Source: Abditibacteriaceae bacterium (GTDB lineage Bacteria; Armatimonadota; Abditibacteriia; Abditibacteriales; Abditibacteriaceae). Taken from it: a stretch of DNA of 64,000 nucleotides. A program made the position numbers and the translations under genes. The stretch lies in NCBI GenBank assembly GCA_965277285.1, contig OZ255721.1, forward strand, positions 2,112,001-2,176,000. The letters run 5' to 3'. Under the pieces are notes generated by a model. It was not told the DNA's origin, did no database searches, and saw nothing but the letters and a program-made list of their open reading frames with translations. This document shows positions 1-9,805 of this stretch, piece by piece (within the stretch, counting starts at the first letter, position 1; each line of letters starts with the position of its first letter).

Positions 1-1975
1 GGCGCTGGCCGTCTTTTTCGGCTACATCATTCCCATTATTGATGTGAAAGTGCATAACACGTTTTTAGGCGCGGCTCACTTGCCGCCAGGCGCCGTCGCG
101 GTCTTGTTGTTTGTCTTGTTGGTGCTCAATCCGCTGCTCAAGATGGTATCGCGGCGTTTCGCTCTGGCGCGCAACGAGGTTTTGACGGTTTATATTTCGT
201 GTCTCTTCTCGTGCCTGGTGCCAGGACATGGCGCGGAAAACTTCTTTGTTTCCAACATCATTGGGCCGTTTTATTTCGCCAAAGCCGAGAACAAGTGGCT
301 CGATTTCCTCAACACCACGAACTTGAAGCCCTGGTTTACACCAGCTTTGCAACACGGTCCTTATTCATCAAATGGTGGCGTGGCGCACGATGCCATTAAC
401 GGTTGGTATAACGGCATCAATGTCGGCAGCGAAACGATTCCCTGGGGTTTGTGGCTGACGCCGCTTTTGATGTGGGGCGCGCTGGTTTTCGCCATTTATT
501 TGATGTTCGCGTGCCTCAGCGTCATTTTGCGCGCGCAGTGGAGCGACCGCGAAGCTCTCGCTTTTCCTTTGCTGCGCTTGCCGACAGATTTGACCGAAGA
601 TGTCGACCGCAACGACAAGTTCGGCACAGTCGGGCGATTGCTGCGCAATCCGTTGCTGTGGATCGGCGTCAGCGTCGCGGTTTTCATTCAATTATTGAAC
701 GGTTTACATAATTACGTTCCCAGCGTTCCGGCTTTCCCATTAGAAATCACCGGCAACTTTTTCAGTGAAAAGCCGTGGGATCAAATCGGCTGGACGCCCA
801 TCAAAATATGGCCGATTGTCATTGGCATCACGTTTTTGCTGACCAGTGAAATCTCGTTTTCCTTGTGGTTCTTCTACTGGTTTATGAAGTTCCAAAACGT
901 GGTCGGCTATTATAGCGGTTATCCGACCGATACCATGCCGAACCCTATCAGCGGCACTGGCAAAGCCTTCGCCAGTTATCAAACCGTCGGCGCGTTCTTG
1001 ATGTACGCCTTCCTCATCCTGTGGACGGGACGCGAACATTATCGCCACGTCGCGCGACGCGCTTTCGGGCGCGCTCGCAAGGGCGATGAAGAGCGCGGCG
1101 AAGCGCTTTCTTACCCAGTCGCATTCTGGGGCTTTGTGCTATCGTTCGCGTTTCTGGTCGGATGGTGCATTTTCGCCGGTATCAATCCCGTGCTGGCTTT
1201 TCTGATGTGGATGATGTATTTGGTCATCGCTGTCGGGCTTTCGCGCGTAGTGATCGAAGGCGGTTTGCTGTTCGTTCAACAAGGCTGGACACCTCTCGGT
1301 GCCGTCGCGCAATTGCTGGGCGGTGCCAATACCGCTTTTCTTCCCACGTCCAGCATTGTTCCAGCGTCTTTCGTCAATTCCGCCTTGATGGTCGACTTGC
1401 GCGGTTTTATATTGCCCAGCTTTATTCAAAGCTTCAAGCTGGCGCAAGACAACAAAATTAAGATGAAGCCGTTGCTGGCTCTCATCATGGCTGTGACAGC
1501 GATCACGCTGATAATGGGAATCTGGATGGACGTTCGCCTGGGTTATGTCAATGGCGCGCTCACCCTGGAATGGTGGTTTACACAAGGTGGCGCTCAGCTA
1601 CCCGGCAGCAATGCCGCTTCGCTTTTGACGGGCGCCGATCCCAAACAGTTTGGCCCGGCCAACTGGTTCTTCCTCGCTTTGGGCGCCCTGCTCACCTTCC
1701 TGATGATGCTGGCGCGCAGCCGCTTTCTGTGGTTTCCACTGCACCCGATTGGCTATCTGGTCTCGCTTACCTACCCGATGAACCAATTATGGTTTTCGAT
1801 TTTCCTGGGCTGGGTCGCCAAAGTCACCATCACGCGTTTTGGCGGCAGCGACACTTATCGCAAAACGGTACCTCTTTTCCTCGGCTTCGCACTGGGCGAT
1901 GTCTTGATGATGTTGGCCTGGCTCGTCATTGATGGTCTCATGGGCAAAACCGGACACCAACTCATGCCCGGATAA
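1..1975 (+). CDS. Polytopic membrane protein, DUF6785/DUF6784-like putative transporter (5' end probably outside window)
   Basis: 643+ aa with many TM segments; motifs 'QWSDREALAFPL' and 'FPLHPIGY' recalled from this family; frame open to window edge. Confidence 0.65.
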   Translation, partial: ALAVFFGYIIPIIDVKVHNTFLGAAHLPPGAVAVLLFVLLVLNPLLKMVSRRFALARNEVLTVYISCLFSCLVPGHGAENFFVSNIIGPFYFAKAENKWLDFLNTTNLKPWFTPALQHGPYSSNGGVAHDAINGWYNGINVGSETIPWGLWLTPLLMWGALVFAIYLMFACLSVILRAQWSDREALAFPLLRLPTDLTEDVDRNDKFGTVGRLLRNPLLWIGVSVAVFIQLLNGLHNYVPSVPAFPLEITGNFFSEKPWDQIGWTPIKIWPIVIGITFLLTSEISFSLWFFYWFMKFQNVVGYYSGYPTDTMPNPISGTGKAFASYQTVGAFLMYAFLILWTGREHYRHVARRAFGRARKGDEERGEALSYPVAFWGFVLSFAFLVGWCIFAGINPVLAFLMWMMYLVIAVGLSRVVIEGGLLFVQQGWTPLGAVAQLLGGANTAFLPTSSIVPASFVNSALMVDLRGFILPSFIQSFKLAQDNKIKMKPLLALIMAVTAITLIMGIWMDVRLGYVNGALTLEWWFTQGGAQLPGSNAASLLTGADPKQFGPANWFFLALGALLTFLMMLARSRFLWFPLHPIGYLVSLTYPMNQLWFSIFLGWVAKVTITRFGGSDTYRKTVPLFLGFALGDVLMMLAWLVIDGLMGKTGHQLMPG

Positions 1976-2000
1976 AGCCGCATCGAGTACTCGAAAATGG

Positions 2001-2038
2001 AGAAAAGCCGCGCAACAATCCCGTTGCGCGGCTTTTCT
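2001..2038 (+). terminator. Intrinsic terminator hairpin
   Basis: 16-bp stem AGAAAAGCCGCGCAAC/GTTGCGCGGCTTTTCT just after the stop at 1975. Confidence 0.75.
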
Positions 2039-2303
2039 GTATAACCCAAGTTTCCACCATGCGCGCCGAGTGAACACGCGGCTCGGGTGCCCTTTGGGCA
2101 GGTGCTTACGCCGCGGGTGCCCTTTGGGCGGATCGACCTGCGCCGACGATAGAGATAGAGTACTTTCAATGTTGCGTCGGCGCAGGCCGACGCTACCGCC
2201 GCAGGCGGTTGAGCCGCGAGTTCACTCGCAAGGCATAGTGCATCTTGGGTTATATAGAGGTTTGGCTTTTTAAGCAATGGCTTCAATGGCGAGTTCCTTG
2301 ATA

Positions 2304-2387
2304 ACGAACCCGAAGCGTAAGCGACGGGCTTGAGTGAAAGTCTTAGGAAACTATCATTTAAGCCCGTCGCTTACGCTTCAGGTTCGT
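2304..2387. repeat. REP-like palindromic element, family A copy 1
   Basis: ACGAACCCGAAGCGTAAGCGACGGGCTT...AAGCCCGTCGCTTACGCTTCAGGTTCGT; near-identical arms recur at 11633-11718. Confidence 0.8.
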
Positions 2388-2420
2388 AAATTCGGCTCAC
2401 TACACTGAGCCACTACCTTG

Positions 2421-3902
2421 TCAATTAGTCTCGCCTTCCAAAACTTCGCCGTTCCAACGTGCAACCTGCATCCAAATGATGTCGCCGGGCGCCAATCGAG
2501 TACTCGACTGTGGCAAAGCGACGCGCGCCTTCACATAATGCGGCGTCAGGCCTTCGACAGCGCGCTCAGAACTGGTACTTTCAATTAAGACGGGAACGTT
2601 CTGACCAAGAAATTGCGCGGCGTAATTCGCTGCCGATTCGCGCGCGAGTTCCAGCAGTTCATCAACGCGACGTTTTTGCACGTCCGGCGCGACGTGATCC
2701 GGCAACGTGGCGGCGACCGTTCCCTGACGCGGCGAGTACGGAAAAACGTGAATCGCGGAAAACTGCGCGGCGCGCGCGAGTTGCATCGTTTCCTGCCACT
2801 CGTCTTCGGTTTCGCCAGGAAAACCAACGATGATGTCGGTTGTGAGGCCGCCGTCGGGACGAATTTCGCGCCAGCGACGCGCCGCCTTGAGAAACATTTC
2901 CGGCGTGTAGCGACGCCGCATTCGCCGCAACGTCGCAGCCGAACCCGACTGCAACGCCAAATGCAAATGCGGACAAACAACAGGCGTCTGCGCGATAGTT
3001 TGCAAAAACTCATGGTCCACATCAGCCGGATCGAGCGACGACACGCGCACGCGCTCCAAACCTTCAATCGTCGCCACCGCGCGCAACAAATCGCACAACG
3101 CGGCGTTGCGAGAACGGCCAAATGATGAGTACGGAATGTAGAATGTGGAATCGGCGCTTCGCGTACTCGATTCATCATTCCGCATTCCGTATTCCGTATT
3201 TTCTTCTTTCCAGTCGCTCATCGAAACGCCGGTGACCGTTAGTTCGCGCGCACCTTCGCGGACAAAAGCGCGTGCTTCGCTCATCACGATAGCGCGCGCT
3301 TTGGTGACACTGACGCCGCGAACGGCAGGAATGATGCAATAAGAACATTTGTGATTGCAGCCATCCTGGATTTTCAAAACGGCGCGTTCTCGCGTTGCGG
3401 TTGGCTGCGGTTCGCTGCCGATTTCCGCGCGTAGTTTCGAGTACTCGATGTCCCAATCGGGACGCGCGCGCAAGGCTTCAATGGCTAATTCGGGCAACTG
3501 CAATTTTTGCGAATTGTCCAAAACCAGCGCATCCGGCGCGACCAGCAAAAACTGATCGCGCGCATACGTCGCGGCGCAACCTGTCACGGCGACAACGGCT
3601 TCGCGGTTATTGCGGCGTGCGCGACCGGCGGCTTTGCGCGATTTGCGGTCGGCTTCGGCGGTCACGGTGCAAGTGTCGATAACATAAAGATCGGCGCTTT
3701 CGCGGAACTCGACGCGACGAAAACCACGCTGCGTCAAGGCGCGCGAAATTTGGTGCGAATCATATTGATTGACCTTGCAACCCAACGTATAAAGCGCGAA
3801 CGTTGGGCGACGTGCGTTCAATTGAGTACTCGATTGTGCAACCAAACGCGTGCTAATTTCGGCGGGCGTTTGTGGAAAAAAAGAAAGTGAGGACTGCGAC
3901 AT
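2421..3902 (-). CDS. mtaB: tRNA methylthiotransferase (MiaB/MtaB radical SAM family)
   Basis: LGCKVNQYDS, DTCTVT, KIQDGCNHKCSYC, DIIVGFPGET, HVFPYSPR motifs. Confidence 0.9.
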   Translation of the reverse strand: MSQSSLSFFPQTPAEISTRLVAQSSTQLNARRPTFALYTLGCKVNQYDSHQISRALTQRGFRRVEFRESADLYVIDTCTVTAEADRKSRKAAGRARRNNREAVVAVTGCAATYARDQFLLVAPDALVLDNSQKLQLPELAIEALRARPDWDIEYSKLRAEIGSEPQPTATRERAVLKIQDGCNHKCSYCIIPAVRGVSVTKARAIVMSEARAFVREGARELTVTGVSMSDWKEENTEYGMRNDESSTRSADSTFYIPYSSFGRSRNAALCDLLRAVATIEGLERVRVSSLDPADVDHEFLQTIAQTPVVCPHLHLALQSGSAATLRRMRRRYTPEMFLKAARRWREIRPDGGLTTDIIVGFPGETEDEWQETMQLARAAQFSAIHVFPYSPRQGTVAATLPDHVAPDVQKRRVDELLELARESAANYAAQFLGQNVPVLIESTSSERAVEGLTPHYVKARVALPQSSTRLAPGDIIWMQVARWNGEVLEGETN

Positions 3903-4078
3903 GTCAGGCAGTGTAGAACGCGGCTGCACGCAGGTCAATTCCTCGCGCGCCAAACACGTTTTGATACGACGCCTGACAGCTTTTTATGCGACAATAAAAC
4001 GCGCTATCGGACTTTGCTAAAAAAGACTCCGACGTAACAGTTTCTCAGTTCGTAATTTCGCCGGTTGATGAGGATATT

Positions 4079-4381
4079 ATGCTTCTTGTCTTGATTTTTC
4101 TTGGTGGCGCGTTGTATTTAGCGTTTTATTTTTCGTTTTCGTCCTTTACCAATGCGGATTCGGCGCACTCGGGAGTGGCAATCAGCGTGTATCAGAAAGT
4201 CCAGGACGCGCTTTTCAAATTGCCAGCGTCGCTGCCGTTGGCGATCATGAAAATCATGCTGGGATTGCTCATCGTGTACACGATTTTCGATTGGACGACT
4301 TCAACCATCCGACGCACGCGCCTGAGACGCAGTCAGGAACAACGCAAAGAAGATTTGCGCCGTACTATTCATGGCGGTTGA
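4079..4381 (+). CDS. Small membrane protein, hypothetical
   Basis: Two hydrophobic segments; GAGGA RBS upstream. Confidence 0.55.
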   Translation: MLLVLIFLGGALYLAFYFSFSSFTNADSAHSGVAISVYQKVQDALFKLPASLPLAIMKIMLGLLIVYTIFDWTTSTIRRTRLRRSQEQRKEDLRRTIHGG

Positions 4382-4447
4382 CAGAGATCATTGGCGTTTA
4401 GCGGCGATCTATTTTCCGCTTTTCCGCGTCCTCTTCTTTTCACCTTC

Positions 4448-5626
4448 TTGATTACACCGCCTTTTTCGTTTCTGCTCGCGCCCGACTCGCTCAAGGGTTC
4501 GCTTTCCGCCACGCAAGCCTGCGTCGCTATGCAACGCGGTATCCAGCGCGCGATAGGAAATCTTCCCGCCACTTTCATCCTTGTTCCTCTCGCGGATGGC
4601 GGCGAAGGAACCGTCGAAGCATTTCTTGCAGTTGTCGGTGGCCAAACTCAAACCAAGCGCGTCCACGATCCTTTGGGACGGATGGTAAACGCGACTTGGG
4701 CGATTTTGCCGGATGGCACTGCTGTCATCGAAATGGCGCAAGCGTCCGGTCTGACGCTGGTTTCGCCCGAAGAACGCGATGCTTTACGTGCGTCCAGCTT
4801 CGGCACGGGCGAACTTTTGCGCGCCGCTCTCGATGCCGGTTGCAGAAAAATCCTCATCGGTGTTGGTGGTTCGGCGACAACCGACGGCGGCAGCGGCGCA
4901 TTGTCGGCGTTGGGCGCGCGTTTTCTCGACGCGAACGATGTCGAGCTTCCCGCAGGCGGCGCAGCTTTATCGCAACTTTCAACCATTGATTTGTCAAACT
5001 TCGACCATCGAGTACTCGATTGCGAGATTCACGTCCTGTGCGACGTGACGAATCCTCTTTGCGGCGAACGTGGCGCGGCGCACGTTTACGCTCCACAAAA
5101 AGGCGCCAATTCAGTCGAAGTCGAACTTTTGGACGCGGCGCTCGCTCATTTTGCGGATGTTACGAGCAATCATTTTGACGTTGACCAGCGCGACGTTCCG
5201 GGCGCCGGAGCCGCAGGAGGCATCGCCTTCGGGCTGATGAGTTTTTGTGGCGCGCAACTCGTTTCCGGCATCGACGCGATTTTAGAAACTGCGCATTTCG
5301 CCGCAAAACTGGAAGACGCCGATCTGGTTTTTGCTGCCGAAGGCTCGATTGATGAACAAACGCCGCAGGGGAAAACGCTTGCCGGCGTAGCAAAAATGGC
5401 GAAGTCGGCCAGGCGCGGCGTTGGCGTTCCGGTTCTCGCGTTCGGCGCACGCATTGCTTTGAGCGATGAGGAATTGGCACAAATGGGAATCGCCGCCGCT
5501 TTTCCCTTGTGCGACGAGCCATGCACAATCGAGTACTCGATGTCGCACGCATCAGAACTCCTGGCAAACGCTGTCGAACGCGCCGTTCGCTGCTGGCTTT
5601 TTGGCAATATGCTCGTTCCATTGTAG
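4448..5626 (+). CDS. glxK: Glycerate kinase (start uncertain)
   Basis: APDSLKGSLSA, PLADGGEGT, GGSATTDGG, PQKGA, GAGAAGG motifs. Confidence 0.9.
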   Translation: MITPPFSFLLAPDSLKGSLSATQACVAMQRGIQRAIGNLPATFILVPLADGGEGTVEAFLAVVGGQTQTKRVHDPLGRMVNATWAILPDGTAVIEMAQASGLTLVSPEERDALRASSFGTGELLRAALDAGCRKILIGVGGSATTDGGSGALSALGARFLDANDVELPAGGAALSQLSTIDLSNFDHRVLDCEIHVLCDVTNPLCGERGAAHVYAPQKGANSVEVELLDAALAHFADVTSNHFDVDQRDVPGAGAAGGIAFGLMSFCGAQLVSGIDAILETAHFAAKLEDADLVFAAEGSIDEQTPQGKTLAGVAKMAKSARRGVGVPVLAFGARIALSDEELAQMGIAAAFPLCDEPCTIEYSMSHASELLANAVERAVRCWLFGNMLVPL

Positions 5627-5741
5627 GCAGCCGCATCTTAAGCAGAGCTATAAACGACAAACGAGTACCCGAACATTCGAGTACTCGTTTGCGTAACAGT
5701 TTCATCATCGCTTCCAAAACTGCCACTTGTATTTTGCGCTG

Positions 5742-6182
5742 TTATTTACGCGGAAGTGGAGGGTTTTTCCGAATTATCTCTTGTTGCTGTTGAAACCACG
5801 GTTCACTGAGTCGAACAGCTTCGCGTACTAAAGCGTTAATATCCTTCGGCGGCCCTTGCGATTCGGATCCGTAGTTGAATTTAAAGCCCGTGCCGCCTTC
5901 TTCAGTGTCGAACAACAGCTTTAACTCGCACTTTTTTCCTTCTTTATTTGGAACATCGTAAACGCCAGCGTAAGCAAAGATCCCGTCGTCAACCTTCGCC
6001 ATAAACTGTTGAAACAATGGCTCTTGTGTCACACCAAGACACAAAGTGCCAGCGTCATCATTGGCACTACCATGTCCTTGCCGATTAATGGTGCCATCGG
6101 CGCACAGCAGAACAAATAGCCTGACTTTATCATCCACTTTCAATGAAACAAAAACCGTCCGAATTTGTTCTTTAAGAATCAT
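5742..6182 (-). CDS. Hypothetical protein
   Basis: 146 aa ORF with globular composition; no family recognised. Confidence 0.55.
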   Translation of the reverse strand: MILKEQIRTVFVSLKVDDKVRLFVLLCADGTINRQGHGSANDDAGTLCLGVTQEPLFQQFMAKVDDGIFAYAGVYDVPNKEGKKCELKLLFDTEEGGTGFKFNYGSESQGPPKDINALVREAVRLSEPWFQQQQEIIRKNPPLPRK

Positions 6183-6279
6183 CTTAGTTCCCTATCGCCG
6201 AAAATATAACGAAAAGTGATCTATAGCAGAACATCGAGTACTCAATTCGAGTACTCGATGTTCTGTTTTGTGAGCGAAC

Positions 6280-7449
6280 TTAATCGTCCAGGCGGATTTC
6301 GCGGCCTTCTTCGCCGGAGCGGTAAATGCTTTCGATGATGCGCGTGATGGTCAACGCTTCTTCGCCGGGCGTGAAAACCGGCGTGTCGTTGCGCACCGAT
6401 TCGACGAAGTTGGCGATTTGCGCGCGGTGCGGATGTTCAACTCGCGGCAGAAACTTGGGCGTGATGTCGAGCAGCGTCATGTCTTCTTCACGGAACATTT
6501 TGAGCGGGTTATAAGTCGCGCCGCCTTTGTCGCCAAAAATCTGGAAGCTCATCTTTTCCTCTTCTTCTTGTTCCGCCACAAAACTCGATTCGAGAACCAG
6601 CGTGCCGCCGTTTTCAAAACGTACATAAGCGCTGGCGAAATCTTCCACTGTAAAGTTTTTGTGATCCCACTGCCCCATCAGGCCGACGACATCGCTGCGC
6701 TTGCCGAACTTTTGATAGGTTTGGCCGCTGACCGCAACGACTTTGGGATAGCCCAGAACGTGCATCGCGCTATCCAGCATATGAACGCCGATGTCGATCA
6801 ACGGGCCGCCGCCGTTCTTTTCCTTCGAGACAAAAAGCCCCCACGACGGAATACCGCGACGACGCAACGCTTGCACGCGCGTGTAATACATATCGCCAAA
6901 AGCGCCGTTGGAGGCGAACTTTTTCAACAATTGCACTTCGGGCGTAAAGCGATAATGAAAGCCGCACATCAATTTGTTGCCGGTGCGCCGTGCGGCTTCG
7001 ACCATCGCTTCGCCTTCTTGCGTGTTCATCGCCAGCGGCTTTTCGCACAAAACGTGCTTGCCCGCTTCCAATGCCGCAATGGTCGCTTCAGCATGAAGAA
7101 AGTTCGGCGTCGTGACGCTGATAATTTGAATATCGTCGCGCTTCAGCATTTCGTGAAAATCAGCGTAGGAATCTTCGATGCCAAATTGCTCGGTCGCGCT
7201 TTTGCGTGCCGCTTCAATGAGATCGGAAACCGCGACGACTTTGACGTTTTTCAAATCCTGATAGCCTGGAATGTGAACGCCGCGCGCGATGCCACCAGCG
7301 CCGATGATGCCGACGCCCAGCGTTTCCGGCAACGCTTGTTTCGTTGCGCCGTTTTTTGCAGGTTTTGCGACGACTGTTTTCGCCGTCGTGCTTTTAGTTG
7401 CGACAGTTTTAGCCACTTTAGTCGCGGATACTGTTTTGGTTTTTGCCAC
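6280..7449 (-). CDS. Gfo/Idh/MocA family oxidoreductase
   Basis: GIIGAGGIA, HVLCEKP, GGGPLIDIGVH; GTG start with AAGGAG RBS. Confidence 0.9.
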   Translation of the reverse strand: MAKTKTVSATKVAKTVATKSTTAKTVVAKPAKNGATKQALPETLGVGIIGAGGIARGVHIPGYQDLKNVKVVAVSDLIEAARKSATEQFGIEDSYADFHEMLKRDDIQIISVTTPNFLHAEATIAALEAGKHVLCEKPLAMNTQEGEAMVEAARRTGNKLMCGFHYRFTPEVQLLKKFASNGAFGDMYYTRVQALRRRGIPSWGLFVSKEKNGGGPLIDIGVHMLDSAMHVLGYPKVVAVSGQTYQKFGKRSDVVGLMGQWDHKNFTVEDFASAYVRFENGGTLVLESSFVAEQEEEEKMSFQIFGDKGGATYNPLKMFREEDMTLLDITPKFLPRVEHPHRAQIANFVESVRNDTPVFTPGEEALTITRIIESIYRSGEEGREIRLDD

Positions 7450-7519
7450 GTAGATCAAGCTCCTTTGGGATATTGGCGCAGTGTGACGGAACAAGCGCGC
7501 GTCGTCAAGAAAAAGGGAT

Positions 7520-7618
7520 AAACCACCAAGGCACCAAGAACACCAAGAGAAATCGAGTTCTCGAAAGTGTTAGACGTATTACTTCTCCTTTCTTTTTCTT
7601 GGTGTCTCGGTGGTTTGT
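7520..7618. repeat. Intergenic palindromic element (CACCAAG units)
   Basis: AACCACCAAGGCACCAAGAACACCAAG...CTTGGTGTCTCGGTGGTTT. Confidence 0.6.
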
Positions 7619-8548
7619 TCAACCGCGCAGGATAGTTTCAGCGCGCTTGATGTCCAACTGCATTTGTTCAACTAACGCGGCAAGTCCATCGAACTTTCGC
7701 TCATCGCGCAAACGTTCGACGATTTGCAGTCGCGCCGTTCTTGGCGCAATTTCGATGTTCTCGCCGATCACATGAAACTCAACGCTCAGATTTTGTCCGT
7801 TTACCGTCGGGCGATGGCCGATGTTGAGCGCGGCGCGCAATCGAGTACTCGAATTGTCCAAATACGCATGGCACGCGTAAACGCCATTGGCCGGCAACAC
7901 TTTGCGCGGGTGAACCTGCAAATTGATCGTCGGAACGCCGATGGTGCGCCCCAATTGTTGTCCTGTCACAACATCGCCCGACAATTCAAAAGTGCGACCG
8001 AGCAGGCGCGCGGCGGTTCGCATGTGGCCGTCTTCGATGCACTCGCGGATGCGCGTCGAAGAAATCGCGCCTTCGTCTTCCAGTTTGTCGCGCAACACGA
8101 CGACTTCAAAACCGTGCTTTTCGCCCAGCGTTTGCAACGCCGCAATATCGCCGCTGCGCCCTTTTCCCAGTGCGAAATCTGGTCCGACCACCAGCAATTT
8201 GACCTTTAACAGTTCAACCAGAACGTTCCGCGCGAACTCTTCCGCGCTTTGTTCCGCGATTGTTTTGTCGAAGGGAACGATCAGCAAATCGTCGATTTCC
8301 AGTGGTTGAAAGGCGTCGGTTTTCTCGTCTGGCAAGGTCAGCAAACGTGAACATTCGTCCGGTTTGAAATAGCAAAACGGCATATCCTGAAACGTTAAAA
8401 CCGCCGTTTGAAGATCGCGTTTCGCCGCTTCTTCACGCATCTTTTTCACTAACAGCGCGTGTCCGCGATGCACGCCATCAAAGGTGCCGATGGTCAAGGC
8501 GCAGGATTGCACCAAAGGTTCGCGCGGCAAGGAATCGAGTACTCGCAT
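7619..8548 (-). CDS. ribF: Bifunctional riboflavin kinase/FAD synthetase
   Basis: IGTFDGVHRGH, ISSTRIR, GRTIGVPTINL, NIGHRPTV, LRDERKF. Confidence 0.95.
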   Translation of the reverse strand: MRVLDSLPREPLVQSCALTIGTFDGVHRGHALLVKKMREEAAKRDLQTAVLTFQDMPFCYFKPDECSRLLTLPDEKTDAFQPLEIDDLLIVPFDKTIAEQSAEEFARNVLVELLKVKLLVVGPDFALGKGRSGDIAALQTLGEKHGFEVVVLRDKLEDEGAISSTRIRECIEDGHMRTAARLLGRTFELSGDVVTGQQLGRTIGVPTINLQVHPRKVLPANGVYACHAYLDNSSTRLRAALNIGHRPTVNGQNLSVEFHVIGENIEIAPRTARLQIVERLRDERKFDGLAALVEQMQLDIKRAETILRG

Positions 8549-8561
8549 TGGTAAAAACATC

Positions 8562-8630
8562 GTAGGGACGCAGATTTCTGCGTCCGTTGTATGACTTTGG
8601 ATCAGCGGCCGCAGAAATCTGCGTCCCTAC
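8562..8630. repeat. GTAG-type REP doublet
   Basis: GTAGGGACGCAGATTTCTGCGTCC...GCAGAAATCTGCGTCCCTAC. Confidence 0.75.
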
Positions 8631-8641
8631 ATTCACAAACT

Positions 8642-9631
8642 TCATTCGTCGAGGTCGAGAAAGAAAACTTTTTCAGGTTTGTACGTTGGTGGTTCATCAG
8701 CGATTAGATTTGCAAGAACAAAAGTTTTGCCATCCGAGTGGAAGAATGCAGCGCGCTTTGAATGAATATCAACACCATTCAACCAAGCGCGAGTTTTCAA
8801 CTCTTTCGATTTATCTGCATCGTCTTTGTATTCCTGCAAAAGAGATTTGTTCAATGAAAGAGATTGCGCCATGCGACCTTGCGACAAATGAAACGTGGCC
8901 GTGTCGTCTTCAATAACTGCACGCACGCACAATCGCAAGACATCGTGCATCGAAATTATCGCGTTTTCGCCACGCGACAAAACCTTTTCCGGTGTGTGCG
9001 ATTCATCGATACCAAACGCGCCGTTTTGCGTGCGCACCAGAAAACTCATCGTGGCGCCGCAACCTAAAGCACGCCCGATGTCGCGCACCAAACTCCGAAT
9101 ATATGTTCCACTGCCGCATTCGACTTTTATCATGGCGCGTGTTCGAGTACTCGATTCTATTGGACGCAAAACCGTCAAACGGTAAATTTCAACTTGGCGC
9201 GGCTGAATGTCGAGTTCGGCTTCGTCAGCGCCTTCGCGCGCCAGTTCGTACAGTTTTTTGCCGTCGCGCTTGATAGCGGAATACATCGGCGGCGTTTGCG
9301 CAATCGTGCCGCGAAACTGGTCTAAGGTCGCGCGCAAATTATCCAAGTTGACATGGCTTGCATCTGCGACAGAAACGACCTCGCCGGTCGCGTCCAGCGT
9401 GTCGGTTTCAATGCCAAAAGTAATTTCGGCGAGGTAAGTTTTGCGCCCGCGTTGCAGGTATTCGACAAGTCGCGTCGCCTGCCCGATGCAAATCGGCAAC
9501 ACGCCCGCCGCCGCCGGATCGAGCGTTCCCGTGTGCCCGACGCGCTTGGTGTTAAAAGTGCGGCGCACGAAAGCGACCGCATCATGGGAAGTCATTCCGG
9601 GCGGCTTGAGAAAGTTGAGAACGCCGTGCAT
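8642..9631 (-). CDS. truB: tRNA pseudouridine(55) synthase
   Basis: KPPGMTSHD, GHTGTLDP, PPMYSAIK, SGTYIRSL. Confidence 0.95.
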   Translation of the reverse strand: MHGVLNFLKPPGMTSHDAVAFVRRTFNTKRVGHTGTLDPAAAGVLPICIGQATRLVEYLQRGRKTYLAEITFGIETDTLDATGEVVSVADASHVNLDNLRATLDQFRGTIAQTPPMYSAIKRDGKKLYELAREGADEAELDIQPRQVEIYRLTVLRPIESSTRTRAMIKVECGSGTYIRSLVRDIGRALGCGATMSFLVRTQNGAFGIDESHTPEKVLSRGENAIISMHDVLRLCVRAVIEDDTATFHLSQGRMAQSLSLNKSLLQEYKDDADKSKELKTRAWLNGVDIHSKRAAFFHSDGKTFVLANLIADEPPTYKPEKVFFLDLDE

Positions 9632-9643
9632 GAAAAAGAGGAT

Positions 9644-9805
9644 TTAACCGCGAAGGACGCAGAGAACACGAAGAAAAGGAAGTACGGAAAGACGTGAGTT
9701 TGAGCGTGCATAAAAATCAAGCACTCGAAACTTAAATATGCAAGCGAAGGCATCAAGGCCTCCAAAAGTTTTCTCTTCGCGCTCTTTGCGTCCTTCGCGG
9801 TGAAT
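9644..9805. repeat. Intergenic inverted-repeat element
   Basis: ACCGCGAAGGACGCAGAGAACACGAAG...CTTCGCGCTCTTTGCGTCCTTCGCGGT. Confidence 0.6.

Noticed and set aside
2060..2130. Duplicated CGGGTGCCCTTTGGGC as a possible ncRNA
   Set aside because: Only two short copies and no recognisable RNA family
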